Assembly: GCA_963555755.3 (NCBI GenBank)
Contig: OY820905.2
Location: forward strand, 1,280,001 to 1,344,000
Origin: Nitrospirales bacterium
GTDB lineage: Bacteria; Nitrospirota; Nitrospiria; Nitrospirales; UBA8639
Direction of reading: 5' to 3'
Length of the DNA stretch: 64,000 bases
Position 1 is the stretch's first letter; each line of letters opens with the position of its first letter. Shown piece by piece: positions 1 through 9,721 of the stretch. Under the pieces are notes generated by a model, which saw only the letters and a list, made by a program, of their open reading frames with translations, made no database searches and had not been told where the DNA came from. A program made the translations under genes and the position numbers.

Positions 1-1
1 A

Positions 2-301
2 ATCGCTCAATCCCTGATCGACGGCACAGGGCTCAAATTTTCCAAGCTTGGGGTCCAACTCAGTGTGGTCAAACGCAACCAACACTGGGGCATCGCCGTA
101 GGAAAAGCCACCGGCCCAGCTCGACAAGCCGGCTTTAAAAAAGGGGACATCTTTCTAGCCATTGACGATCATCCCATTCACACTGCAGCCCAGTTAAAAA
201 ATTATCTCATCGAGCACACGCAACCCGGACAACAGGTCGCCATCACCATTCTTCGAAACCAGAAACCACACACGCTGAAAGTCATTTTAGGAAGTTCGTA
301 A
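2..301 (+). CDS. C-terminal PDZ domain of a protein that starts before the window (possibly a protease)
   Basis: Frame is open from base 2; GPARQAGFKKGDIFLAID...VAITILRN is a PDZ signature. Confidence 0.7.
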   Translation: MAQSLIDGTGLKFSKLGVQLSVVKRNQHWGIAVGKATGPARQAGFKKGDIFLAIDDHPIHTAAQLKNYLIEHTQPGQQVAITILRNQKPHTLKVILGSS

Positions 302-321
302 AACTCACCACGCAAGCTTTA

Positions 322-673
322 GGAGCGTGTCCCAGATTAGACAGATCTACTGCAGGTGCGCTGGATGTGGCCAGATCTTCCGATCCTTTTCGGGGAATGT
401 TGAAAAAGGCCCCCAGCTGCGTTCTCTGTAGACGTAAAGCGTGAAGCGTGAAGCGTGATACGTGAAGCAAAAGAGTCGTTTTGACTTTTACCTTCTTGCT
501 TCCTTACTCATCACGCATTACGCGTCACCCATAACGATTTAGGCCTTGCTGGATGGCCTTTTTGAACATTCCCCGTTTTCGTTAAATAGGCACCACTATT
601 CGCCTCAAACGATCGAAACATCTGACTCAAACCAGCACCCCCTCGCAACGATCCCTAATCTCGGACAGGCTCC
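322..673. mobile_element. Composite MITE with IS1182-type ends, copy 1
   Basis: Ends GGAGCGTGTCCCAGATTAG ... CTAATCTCGGACAGGCTCC resemble the ends of the IS at 55228-56891; second copy at 4950-5359. Confidence 0.75.
392..574. repeat. Family C element (GGGGAATGTTGAAAAAG TIR) nested in the MITE and carrying a heptamer hairpin
   Basis: GGGGAATGTTGAAAAAGGCC ... GGCCTTTTTGAACATTCCCC with internal CGTGAAG/CGTGATA heptamers. Confidence 0.75.
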
Positions 674-706
674 TCGCAAAATAAAAAACTGTCTCATCAC
701 CACTAA

Positions 707-864
707 GGGTTCGGGCAAGAATAACTTCACCTGTTTGGGTGCTGAGACACCTGTCTGGCAAGGCGCGAGGACTGCGCATACTCCTCGGTATGGAAAGGAC
801 GAGCAACGCCGCCAGACGGGATGGATCGACGCCCAAACAGGGGAAGTTATTTTTGCGCGAACCC
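707..864. mobile_element. Family A MITE with TAA target duplication
   Basis: TAA-GGGTTCGGGCAAGAATAACTTC ... GAAGTTATTTTTGCGCGAACCC-TAA; near-identical copy at 23231-23387. Confidence 0.85.
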
Positions 865-1108
865 TAAGGTGACCACGATTTTTTGCATCTCACCATGCAC
901 ACCAATATCTTTCACGGACTGTTGTGAGCCAGCTGCCGTTTCTAGGTTCAATAAAACCCCACCTTCAGATATATGTCATCTTCATTCAGGTTCATCCGCC
1001 CCTCCCTTAAGACTCTGTTCTAACTGTCCGAAAATAAAGAGGAAAACATGAATATCGGCCGTAGCAATCTCTTACGTCTTCAGGTTGTGCACAGTAAACA
1101 CGTGACTC

Positions 1109-2722
1109 ATGAGTATGCCATCAACAACAGTTAGCCACGGACTTCCTCCGCGAATTGAAGAATTGCTCTCCACAACAGGAGAGGACCTCCCAATCCTTCG
1201 TCGATCGTGCCAAAGTATACTTCATTGCACGGACAACGACAGCTCAAGTGCCAATGATGTCAGCGAAGTCATCATGCGCGATCAAGGACTCATGACCAAA
1301 GTCATCAAATTGGCCAACAGCGTTCTCTATACCACCCTGACCCCCACCACAACCGCATTTCAAGCGGTGAGGATCATCGGATTCGACGAGATCCGAGCCA
1401 TTACCATGAGTGCGGAATTGGTTGAACAAGCCGATGAACGAGGGGGGAGTTCCAACGAACTCAAACGGCTCCTCGCCCAAGCCTTAGTCGCCGCGACAGC
1501 CGCGGTGGAACTTGGCGAAGCCTGCCGATTTCAGAAAAATGGCAATCTCTTTACCAACACCATGCTCTACACATTGGGTGATCTGGTGCTCGCCCACTAT
1601 GTCCCTGACATCTACCATCGATTGGACGTTGCCCGCCACACAGATCCGACAACCGTGGCCTCACTGGAAACAGAACTACTTGGTATGCCCTTGAAAGGCC
1701 TGGCCAGCATGATTGCCAAGGAGTGGGGATTACCAGAAAACATTACCAAAGTCATTCAAGCCACGCCGCATCTCGATGGAAAAATATGGGCGCATCAGCA
1801 GGATAAACTGGTCGGGATTGTCTTTGCTGCAAATGAATTGGGACGGTGTGTCTTATCCCCACCCACGGCATTCAATCAATCCACCATGCGGAAACTCATT
1901 GAGAACATTCCCAAAGCCCTTACGATCCCACCCCGCACCATGAAGACGATTCTGCTCCACACGTTTACAAGAGTGGTTCAATTTGCCGACACCGTGAATA
2001 TTGAACGAAAATTCTTTTTGCCCAATCCGCAATGGGCGACCTTGCCAGCACCAAATCCTTATCAGGGATTGATGACAGAAATAGCCAAAGCGGCCACTGC
2101 GTTGAAAAAGGAAGAACCTAAAATACACTTGGCAGCGATGAATCATGAAGACGAGTCGGACCTGCTGTCGTCCCCTCCATCACCCGAAGAACCGGTACCG
2201 AGGGAATCTGATGTATTTTTCTGGTTGCAAGAGTTTAGTCTGCAAGCACTCTCCACATCTGATGCCAATCAAATCCTGAAGCTCGGAGCGGCAGGGTTGC
2301 ACAAAGCAGGACAGTTCGAACGCGTTGTGATGACTCTTCTCTCACCGGAGACCGGCATGCTTGAACCTCGCATAGGGCACGGCCCACAGGTTCAGGACCT
2401 GTTACCGCTCTTCCGGTGCCCCGCAAAAGGGTATCATTTGTTAGCAGTGGCCTGTAATCGGTATGAGCCTATGAAGGTGGACAATTTTCAAACCGAAGTG
2501 CAAATGGGGAGAATTCCACTAGAGTTTCTCAAACAATGGGGAGACACCACCTGCTTATTCGGCCCCATATTTGCTAAAGCCAAACCCGTCGGAGTCATCA
2601 TCGCTGATCGTGGGGTCACCAATACCCCCATCACCGACCACGACTACTCAATCTTCATGATGGTTCTCGCCCAAATCAACATGAACCTCACTCGCCTCGC
2701 CACCGCACATCCCTCTAACTGA
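1109..2722 (+). CDS. HDOD domain signalling protein with C-terminal GAF-like domain
   Basis: DLPILRR...IMRDQGLMTKVIKLANS...AVRIIG and EWGLPENI (HDOD); PIFAKAKPVGVIIADR (GAF-like). Confidence 0.85.
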   Translation: MSMPSTTVSHGLPPRIEELLSTTGEDLPILRRSCQSILHCTDNDSSSANDVSEVIMRDQGLMTKVIKLANSVLYTTLTPTTTAFQAVRIIGFDEIRAITMSAELVEQADERGGSSNELKRLLAQALVAATAAVELGEACRFQKNGNLFTNTMLYTLGDLVLAHYVPDIYHRLDVARHTDPTTVASLETELLGMPLKGLASMIAKEWGLPENITKVIQATPHLDGKIWAHQQDKLVGIVFAANELGRCVLSPPTAFNQSTMRKLIENIPKALTIPPRTMKTILLHTFTRVVQFADTVNIERKFFLPNPQWATLPAPNPYQGLMTEIAKAATALKKEEPKIHLAAMNHEDESDLLSSPPSPEEPVPRESDVFFWLQEFSLQALSTSDANQILKLGAAGLHKAGQFERVVMTLLSPETGMLEPRIGHGPQVQDLLPLFRCPAKGYHLLAVACNRYEPMKVDNFQTEVQMGRIPLEFLKQWGDTTCLFGPIFAKAKPVGVIIADRGVTNTPITDHDYSIFMMVLAQINMNLTRLATAHPSN

Positions 2723-2775
2723 GTAACCATTCCTCAACAGGGAAAAATGACCTCTTTGGCAACCCATGCAACTAA

Positions 2776-2933
2776 GGGCTCGCGTAAAAATAACTTCCAC
2801 TGTTTGGCCATCGATCCATCCCGTCTGGCGGCATCGCTCATCGCTTCCATACTCCCGGTATGCGCACTCTTCGCTCCTTGGCTCGCTCCAAAATCACCTC
2901 GGCCAATGGTGCCGGTTATTTCGTGATGGACCC
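2776..2933. mobile_element. Chimeric MITE: family A left end, family B right end
   Basis: TAA-GGGCTCGCGTAAAAATAACTTC on the left; CCGGTTATTTCGTGATGGACCC-TTA on the right, which matches 33053-33315. Confidence 0.75.
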
Positions 2934-3386
2934 TTACCGCATCTGATTGGTATTCGGGACGTACTCATCTACTCGATCGATAAACCATAGCCCTTCCTCT
3001 CCCTTCACAAGGGAATAGAGTTCATCTTTGACGGCAGATCCCATCCAGGACGACACCGGCACACGAAGAATGACTCGCGCCTCATTTCCTTGAATGTCTT
3101 CGTACAGGATCCGACCTTGCCCATATTTTAAGCGTAGCCCTCGAAGAATGGGGTCCTGGGCATCAATCCAATCTTGCCTCGGGATGCCTTGACGAAAGTT
3201 CAATGTGGTCATATTGGCAGCCCGATCCAAATTATCCGGATACACGGTGATCCATAACTGCACAACGTCTCCAGGCGTTAACGACGGCGACTGAGCTAGA
3301 AGTTGCCAAGGGAAACCGAGGAGGATGAGAAGGCTGACGCACCCACCCCATTTCGTGCAGCAATCAACCATAGACAGGATCTTCAT
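2934..3386 (-). CDS. Exported hypothetical protein (possibly NTF2-like)
   Basis: Signal-like segment ending LLA-Q; C-terminal YSLVKGEEGLWFIDRV typical of NTF2-like folds; start uncertain. Confidence 0.6.
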   Translation of the reverse strand: MKILSMVDCCTKWGGCVSLLILLGFPWQLLAQSPSLTPGDVVQLWITVYPDNLDRAANMTTLNFRQGIPRQDWIDAQDPILRGLRLKYGQGRILYEDIQGNEARVILRVPVSSWMGSAVKDELYSLVKGEEGLWFIDRVDEYVPNTNQMR

Positions 3387-3663
3387 GAGGAATCGCTCCT
3401 TTGCCACATCAATTTCTAGTGATACCCTAACACCGCTTGTCGGTGAAAACAAAAATCGCCTTGGATTGGAATACGGAGCATGTTAGGCTTCCACATCAAA
3501 GAGACACCGTGAGGACACGCCACGCAACTTGAACGGACAGATTCGTCGGGAGAAAGAATCCATGTCCAGTTTCAACTCGACCGACATTCCTTGACCGACT
3601 CCTTTTCTGAACAGTATAGTCGTATAAGTATTGCATAGGATTTTATCTCATTCTGTTCTTCTT

Positions 3664-3993
3664 ATGGCCACTCTCGAAGGAAAAAAGCTCGGGCTACTTC
3701 TCTCCACCCCCCCCACGCATCCCAACGCAGAAACGGTGGCACAATTAAGCAAAGCTGCTCAGCATGCCAAGGTTCAAGTCTATTTGTATTTGATTGATGA
3801 AGGCGTGAAAAATCTGGAAAATCCCACCATTCGAGATCTTACGGATTCAGGTGTCAAATTGAGTGTCTGTGCCTATGGATGCCAACAACACAAGGTTTCA
3901 ACCGATGGGTATGGTCCAGATGTAACATTTTGCGGGTTGGTGGTTCTATCGCAAATCGTGACTGGCTGCGATCAGTTTGTCGCCTTCAATTAG
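3664..3993 (+). CDS. DsrE/DsrF-like sulfur-relay family protein
   Basis: VYLYLIDEGV, VCAYGC, CDQFVAF; upstream TTGACC-N18-TATAGT at 3591-3620. Confidence 0.8.
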   Translation: MATLEGKKLGLLLSTPPTHPNAETVAQLSKAAQHAKVQVYLYLIDEGVKNLENPTIRDLTDSGVKLSVCAYGCQQHKVSTDGYGPDVTFCGLVVLSQIVTGCDQFVAFN

Positions 3994-4228
3994 TCGTTCC
4001 GTTTTTCCACTCAGAGGTCTGAAAGACGTGAAGGATCTGCCCCCGCTTGATTATTCGACGTTTTTCACAGTTTAAGGTTTTCGAATCGGTGCACTTTTTT
4101 TTTCATCACCCCACATTCCTTATTCGGCAAACTCAAAAACTAGCCTAGAAAAAATGTCAGGCGACCTTGCAAGACCTTTTCGGGAACGGCCTCAACAATA
4201 GGAAACATTTGATCTGATCAGACTCGAT

Positions 4229-4921
4229 TTACGCAGGTCTGCTTCGTGGGCGGCCACGGGGGAGTGGAGCAATACGACGATCAATCTTCCGAGCTAGGCG
4301 GGCTTTAAACCGCTCACTTCCTAAGACCCAGGCCTTGTTCGTCGCCTCACGAATCGCGTCCAGGGTTTCCCCACTCAACTTGCGCCGAAACAATTCCCGA
4401 TACGCCTTCTGCCGCTCCGCTGCTGTTCGCCCCAGTCGTTGATATAAGGCATGGGGCGTCAACCATGGCTCAGCTTTGCCCTCCGCCTGGAAGTGATAAC
4501 TCGACCACAGATACTCTCGCGGATGCCTCACCATCTCCGCCCTCACGGGATTGAGTTCAATATACCGGCAACAGGCGAGAAGGTAGGCTTCACTGTCAAT
4601 GAGGGTTGCCCGATACCGGCCTTCCCATAATGTTCCGGTCCGCTGATAGGTCGTATTCACGTACTGAACATACCGCCGGCCCAGCGATTGAAACATCTTT
4701 GGCAGGCTGTAGGGCTGTTCAGGAGTCAGAAGGATATGCACATGGTTGGTCATGAGTACATAGGCGTGCAGGGTACAACCGTGGCGGCGAGCCGCCTCGC
4801 CAAGCCAATCAAGGTAGATGCGATAATCGGCCTTGTTAAAGAACAGGGCATCTCGATTATTTCCACGTTGAATCACGTGCAACGGATATCCGGGCACAAA
4901 AAAACGAGGTAAGCGCGCCAT
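4229..4921 (-). CDS. RAYT-like HUH (Y1) transposase, IS200/IS605 superfamily
   Basis: MARLPR..HVIQRGNNR, YVLMTNHVHILL (HUH), LWEGRY, YIELNPVRA; GGAGG RBS. Confidence 0.9.
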   Translation of the reverse strand: MARLPRFFVPGYPLHVIQRGNNRDALFFNKADYRIYLDWLGEAARRHGCTLHAYVLMTNHVHILLTPEQPYSLPKMFQSLGRRYVQYVNTTYQRTGTLWEGRYRATLIDSEAYLLACCRYIELNPVRAEMVRHPREYLWSSYHFQAEGKAEPWLTPHALYQRLGRTAAERQKAYRELFRRKLSGETLDAIREATNKAWVLGSERFKARLARKIDRRIAPLPRGRPRSRPA

Positions 4922-4949
4922 CACACCCTCCTTTTCTCATAAATTCATA

Positions 4950-5359
4950 GGAGCCTGTCCCAGATTAGACGAATCTACTGCGGATGTGCTGGATGTGGCC
5001 AGATCTTCCGATCCTTTTCGGGGAATGTTGAAAGAGGCTGCCAGCCTTCGCCCAGGCTACGGCAGACAAGCCAGCCGCGTTCCCAGCCTCCGCCGAGCCT
5101 CCTTCGCCGAAGTGGCTACGAAGGCTGAAAGCGGTTTCGCGCAGGCAGGTCGGGCTTTGGGTGTGCTCACGTACTCCGTGTACGCTCCGCGCGCCCAAAG
5201 CCCTGCGGCCTTGCTGGACGACCCCCCGCCTCCGCGAGGGCATGCTTTTTGAACAGTCCCCCTTTTCGTTGCATAGTCCCACTATTCGCCTTAAATGATC
5301 GAAACATCTGACACAAACCAGCACATCCTCGTGACGATCGCTAATCTCGGACAGCCTCC
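4950..5359. mobile_element. Composite MITE with IS1182-type ends, copy 2
   Basis: GGAGCCTGTCCCAGATTAG ... CTAATCTCGGACAGCCTCC; contains a family C element (5020-5261) that itself contains a CCTTCGCCGAAGTGGCTACGAAGG REP. Confidence 0.8.
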
Positions 5360-5482
5360 TCGCGAGAGTCGAAAGATAACACAAAGCCAGATTAAAATCG
5401 AGTCTGACCCCATTATTATAATTGGGAACGCAGCTGGTGGCCCCTTCGGTGATACTGAGGACCTGCTTTTTCAACAGCTCTC

Positions 5483-7177
5483 TTAGGCGGATGGGAGGGA
5501 GGAGAAAATTTCTTGATATTCGCGAACGGCTTGGTCCCAGGAAAACCGGTCTAACATGTGAAAGCCTTGATTTATCATTTGGGCATAGCCTGTTTGATCC
5601 GTTTGGTAGAGTTCGATAGCATGACGTAACGCGCCTTCAGCGGCTTGGACCATTGAACGAAACAAGGGAATCTGCATTCGTTCTTGTAACCGGTCGCCTC
5701 CAGGCCAATAGGCACAATCCAAAATTGCGCTCCATCCTTGTGCTGCCTCTTTCACACCAAGTCCTGACTCGCGAAAGAGGAACCCTGTTGGAGCGTCTGA
5801 TTGCCGATGAAACTGATCGCTCAAAGTACGGACTGCCGCATTCAACGCAACAGAAGGATACGGCACAACCTGCTGAACCAACCCACCGGTCGCTCTTGCC
5901 ACCACAGGCGTGCCAACAGCATAGCCTTCCGTCGCCCCACCAAAGGGTTCATAGAGGGAACACATCACCATGAACGACGCTCCACGTTGAAGTTCCGTGT
6001 ATCCTTGCTCCATCCGAAAAGGGAACACCTTCACCTCACCCGGTCGACGCTTGGCCAGGTTTTGTAAAAATTGCAGCCCTTGAATCCCTTCGTCTCCAGG
6101 AATCGGAGTAAAGACAAACTTCGCCTGCCCAGGTGGGATACGGTCGATAGCTGCTGCCGCAAGGTCATAGCCCTTTTGTCGCGGATCATCCCGACCAAAA
6201 AACAGAAACACCGGCCCTTCAAAATTGTTGAAATCTAACGACCCCCATGCCCTCTCAGGTTGATACGCTTCCAGCTTTTGGATCATCTCCCGGCGACGCG
6301 TGGCTTTTTCTTCCAGGAGACCATGGTAATTTCCAGAAGCAGTTTTGGTTCGGGCTTCCGGTGAAAAATCAAGTTGGCTAAACAGTCCATTGTTAATTCC
6401 TCGAATCGTCCGTTTTTTAAACATCGCCTGAAGATGCGGGGTAAAGATGTCCCGATGCACGGGTTCATGAATCAGCTCATGCGCAAAATGCTGGGAGACC
6501 GTGCAAATGGGACCATCAAAATATGGGCCAGCTTTGGCAAGAACCGTCGGGCCAGGAAGCACACGATTCATCATTCTTTTCATTTCCGCTTGACTCACAA
6601 GCCTATCATAGGAGTTGTGCAAGGTTAATAAGCAGGAGATCCCAGAAAGCCGGGCATCATCCTTGGCAACGATGGCCGCCCCCGCTGCCTCCCAGTCTTG
6701 GAGACACAACACCACATTCTGAGTCAGTCCTAACGCCACCAGGGCATTGGGTACAGCCGATGAGAACATTAAGGAGTCATCGAGTAGTTGCTCCGGGTGC
6801 GCCGGATTCAAATAGGGATTGCATGGAGCTTCCATACCAGGTGGATCTCCGCAATCACAGGGTGCATTAAAAAAATTCTGAGAATCGAACAGGTAGGTTG
6901 TAAACCCGTCGCCACTTTGATGCTGAAAAATCTCAACCTGATGATTCTTCCCATCATAGACAAGAGAAAACGTGATGCCTGTTGATTGAATGGAATCCAT
7001 GAGCTTGGGCTTACACTTGGTGATCTCGCGAAAAAACGGTGTAAAAGTAACACACCGATCATCACTCATGCCTGCCATATGTTTGGGCAACAGACGCATC
7101 ACCGCCGCCAGCCCGCCGAGCGGAGCAAACTCATTTTCGAAGGAGACAAAAACAATCGTTTTGATTTGCTTATTCAT
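5483..7177 (-). CDS. Glycogen/starch synthase-like glycosyltransferase (GT5), atypical
   Basis: xxGGL loop, LQDW, LTLHN, GINNG, GR..RQKG, SLYEPFG, TGGL. Confidence 0.8.
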   Translation of the reverse strand: MNKQIKTIVFVSFENEFAPLGGLAAVMRLLPKHMAGMSDDRCVTFTPFFREITKCKPKLMDSIQSTGITFSLVYDGKNHQVEIFQHQSGDGFTTYLFDSQNFFNAPCDCGDPPGMEAPCNPYLNPAHPEQLLDDSLMFSSAVPNALVALGLTQNVVLCLQDWEAAGAAIVAKDDARLSGISCLLTLHNSYDRLVSQAEMKRMMNRVLPGPTVLAKAGPYFDGPICTVSQHFAHELIHEPVHRDIFTPHLQAMFKKRTIRGINNGLFSQLDFSPEARTKTASGNYHGLLEEKATRRREMIQKLEAYQPERAWGSLDFNNFEGPVFLFFGRDDPRQKGYDLAAAAIDRIPPGQAKFVFTPIPGDEGIQGLQFLQNLAKRRPGEVKVFPFRMEQGYTELQRGASFMVMCSLYEPFGGATEGYAVGTPVVARATGGLVQQVVPYPSVALNAAVRTLSDQFHRQSDAPTGFLFRESGLGVKEAAQGWSAILDCAYWPGGDRLQERMQIPLFRSMVQAAEGALRHAIELYQTDQTGYAQMINQGFHMLDRFSWDQAVREYQEIFSSLPSA

Positions 7178-7313
7178 TTTTAACAAGGGGAAAATCAAGA
7201 AAAAAGGCCCCACACCATTCACCCTTTCAAGGTAAAAAGTATGAAGCCACTTTTCTACGATTTCGCAAGAACTCTTGTCAGAAACGTGTGATGGGAGAAT
7301 CTATCCTCCGCGA

Positions 7314-8372
7314 CTATTGCAGCACCACATGGCCGCGACGATTTTCCTGATAGCACGATTCTTCTGACCCTGTGCAGCTCGGACGCTCTTTACCATAACT
7401 CACAATTTGGATGCGCGAAGAAGACACGCCTAGGTTAACCAGGTAATCTTTCACCGCCTGAGCCCGGCGTTCACCTAATACGAGATTATAGTCCGTGGTT
7501 CCACGTTCATCACAATGGCCTTCGATCAGGACGCTGGAATCTTGGTACGTCGCACTGAGTAATTGCGCATTCTCTTGTAAGGTGGAGACCGCATCGTCTC
7601 GAATAACGTATTGGTCAAAATCAAAATACACATGCCCCAATCCGCCCCCGCCACCAATTCCATTGGTTCCATCTTCTTGAGAGCCATCCAAGTCACCTTG
7701 GCTTAAGGGCTCCATAGAATCAAGATCGGGCAATCGCACGACTTCGTCGCCAGACCCCGAAGTGCCACTCGTTCCCATGCCTGAATCGGTTGATGGGCTA
7801 CCATCACCCAACATAGGTTGCGGAGGATTTTCCGGAACAAAATCTGAAGGTATGAGTGCACGGACAAATTGTTGTCCCTCATACCCACTGGGCCCCATGG
7901 ATTCTCCCGTGGGCACATGTGTATCACTGTCCGTTCCGCCTTCCATTCCATCGGATATTCCTGTATCGGAGGCTCTAGTGTCGGCTATTGTGCTACCACC
8001 TGAAATATCCCCGCCCATGCTCGCACCACTCACATCACGAAGCGTGGGAGACGGAGGGTCTTCCGGATTAATACTTGAGGGGAACCGTGCCGAACTCCCA
8101 GTTCCAGCGACCGTACCTGAGGAATCACTCACCGACAGGGAGCCTTCGCTCATCCCTTGGCCAGCCAGGGGAATCCCTCCTTGGTCGCTGCCTGAACCCG
8201 TGCCTGAGCCCTGCGAGCCGGAGGCCTGAGCTTGGGCCGCCAATTCCTCAGCGGTCATGACTTCAGCATGTTTCGTGGTCTCACACCCAGTGAGGAACAT
8301 GATCATGGCTGCGGTCGCAATAACGAGGGCTGCAGAACCTTTCACATTACGCATACAACCAACTCCTTTCAT
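7314..8372 (-). CDS. OmpA/Pal family lipoprotein with long Gly/Ser-rich linker
   Basis: Lipobox LTGC; VYFDFD, IEGHCDERGT..YNLVLGERRA, SYGKERP, ENRR. Confidence 0.9.
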   Translation of the reverse strand: MKGVGCMRNVKGSAALVIATAAMIMFLTGCETTKHAEVMTAEELAAQAQASGSQGSGTGSGSDQGGIPLAGQGMSEGSLSVSDSSGTVAGTGSSARFPSSINPEDPPSPTLRDVSGASMGGDISGGSTIADTRASDTGISDGMEGGTDSDTHVPTGESMGPSGYEGQQFVRALIPSDFVPENPPQPMLGDGSPSTDSGMGTSGTSGSGDEVVRLPDLDSMEPLSQGDLDGSQEDGTNGIGGGGGLGHVYFDFDQYVIRDDAVSTLQENAQLLSATYQDSSVLIEGHCDERGTTDYNLVLGERRAQAVKDYLVNLGVSSSRIQIVSYGKERPSCTGSEESCYQENRRGHVVLQ

Positions 8373-8722
8373 CTATGACCCTTTCACCAGGCACGAATGG
8401 TAAACCCAATAAATATTACGTCCCTTTGGTTCATTCATCCCATTCAATACTGGAAAAGAGGCCATGCCATGCCCCCATATAAGAAGAAGAGACCACTAGT
8501 GTGTAGACCTATGTAGACATTATTCAGGTATTTATTAATCAATAACACAAAATTGTCAACGAATGATTGCGATTTCCTCCGAATCGCAACCAATACACGC
8601 ATGCCTTGACTGAGGAATTTTCGGGCCAGTATGATCTTAGCCCTTCCCGTGGCCCGCGTGATTTCAAAATTTTATCAACGACAACACGAGCGAGCGCACG
8701 AGATCGCACGATCAGCTTAAGC

Positions 8723-9721
8723 ATGATTTCCGTTCAACACATCACGAAACGCTACGGCAACCACCTCGCCATTGAAGACGTCACCTTCGATGTCAAACGG
8801 GGCGAAATCCTTGGATTTCTGGGTCCAAACGGCGCGGGAAAAACGACCACCATGCGCATTATCACCGGCTTTATGCCAGCCAGCGAGGGCACGGTCCAGG
8901 TGGCCGGATTCGACTGTTTTGAGCACCCCCAAGAAATAAAAAAGCGCATTGGATATTTGCCTGAATCCCCACCATTGTACCAAGAACTCACGGTCACGGA
9001 ATATCTGAGGTTCGTCGGCCAGTTAAAACGTCTACCTCCCTCACGCGTTCCCGGTCGCATGGCCCAAGTCATTGAGCAACTGGGACTCGGATCGGTCCGC
9101 CACCGGGTAATCGGCCATTTGTCCAAAGGGTTTCGCCAACGGGTCGGTTTGGCGCAAGCCCTTATTCATGACCCACCGGTGTTGATTCTTGATGAACCCA
9201 CGATAGGACTCGATCCGATACAAATTATCGAAATTCGAGACGTGATCCGTGGGTTAGCGGGATCCCATACGGTCATTTTAAGCACGCATATTTTGTCGGA
9301 AGCCACCGCCATATGTGATCGTGTCGTCATAATTGACCGCGGCCACATCGTGGCCGAAGATACGCCGGCCCAACTCTCCTCTCGACTGCGACAGTCGGAA
9401 AAAATAAGCCTCACAGTTAAACACCCTCCGGATAATTGGCGTGAACGGCTTTCGACAATTCCCGGTGTCCTCCAGGTCATCCAGGGCCCAACACCTGAAA
9501 CCAGTATCATTGAATATGAACTCGGGCAGGACCTGCGCGAAGACATCGCGCAGTTTGTCGTCAACCAAGGTGTCGGACTCTTGGAACTCAAACCCCTTTC
9601 CCTATCATTGGAAGACGTGTTTCTCCAATTGACGCAACAGGACGAAAACCTAGCCCACGCGCAAGAGGATTCTCCTTCCTCACACCCATCATCACCCGTG
9701 GAGAACCGGACCCAAGCATGA
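8723..9721 (+). CDS. ABC transporter ATP-binding protein (GldA-like)
   Basis: GPNGAGKTT, LSKGFRQRV, ILDEPT. Confidence 0.92.
   Translation: MISVQHITKRYGNHLAIEDVTFDVKRGEILGFLGPNGAGKTTTMRIITGFMPASEGTVQVAGFDCFEHPQEIKKRIGYLPESPPLYQELTVTEYLRFVGQLKRLPPSRVPGRMAQVIEQLGLGSVRHRVIGHLSKGFRQRVGLAQALIHDPPVLILDEPTIGLDPIQIIEIRDVIRGLAGSHTVILSTHILSEATAICDRVVIIDRGHIVAEDTPAQLSSRLRQSEKISLTVKHPPDNWRERLSTIPGVLQVIQGPTPETSIIEYELGQDLREDIAQFVVNQGVGLLELKPLSLSLEDVFLQLTQQDENLAHAQEDSPSSHPSSPVENRTQA

Noticed and set aside
282..1051. Short ORFs here and similar ones at 4965-5474, 15984, 23037-23415, 32911-33541, 37212 and 57650
   Set aside because: They are read-through of MITE/REP sequence; the same peptides recur wherever the repeats occur.
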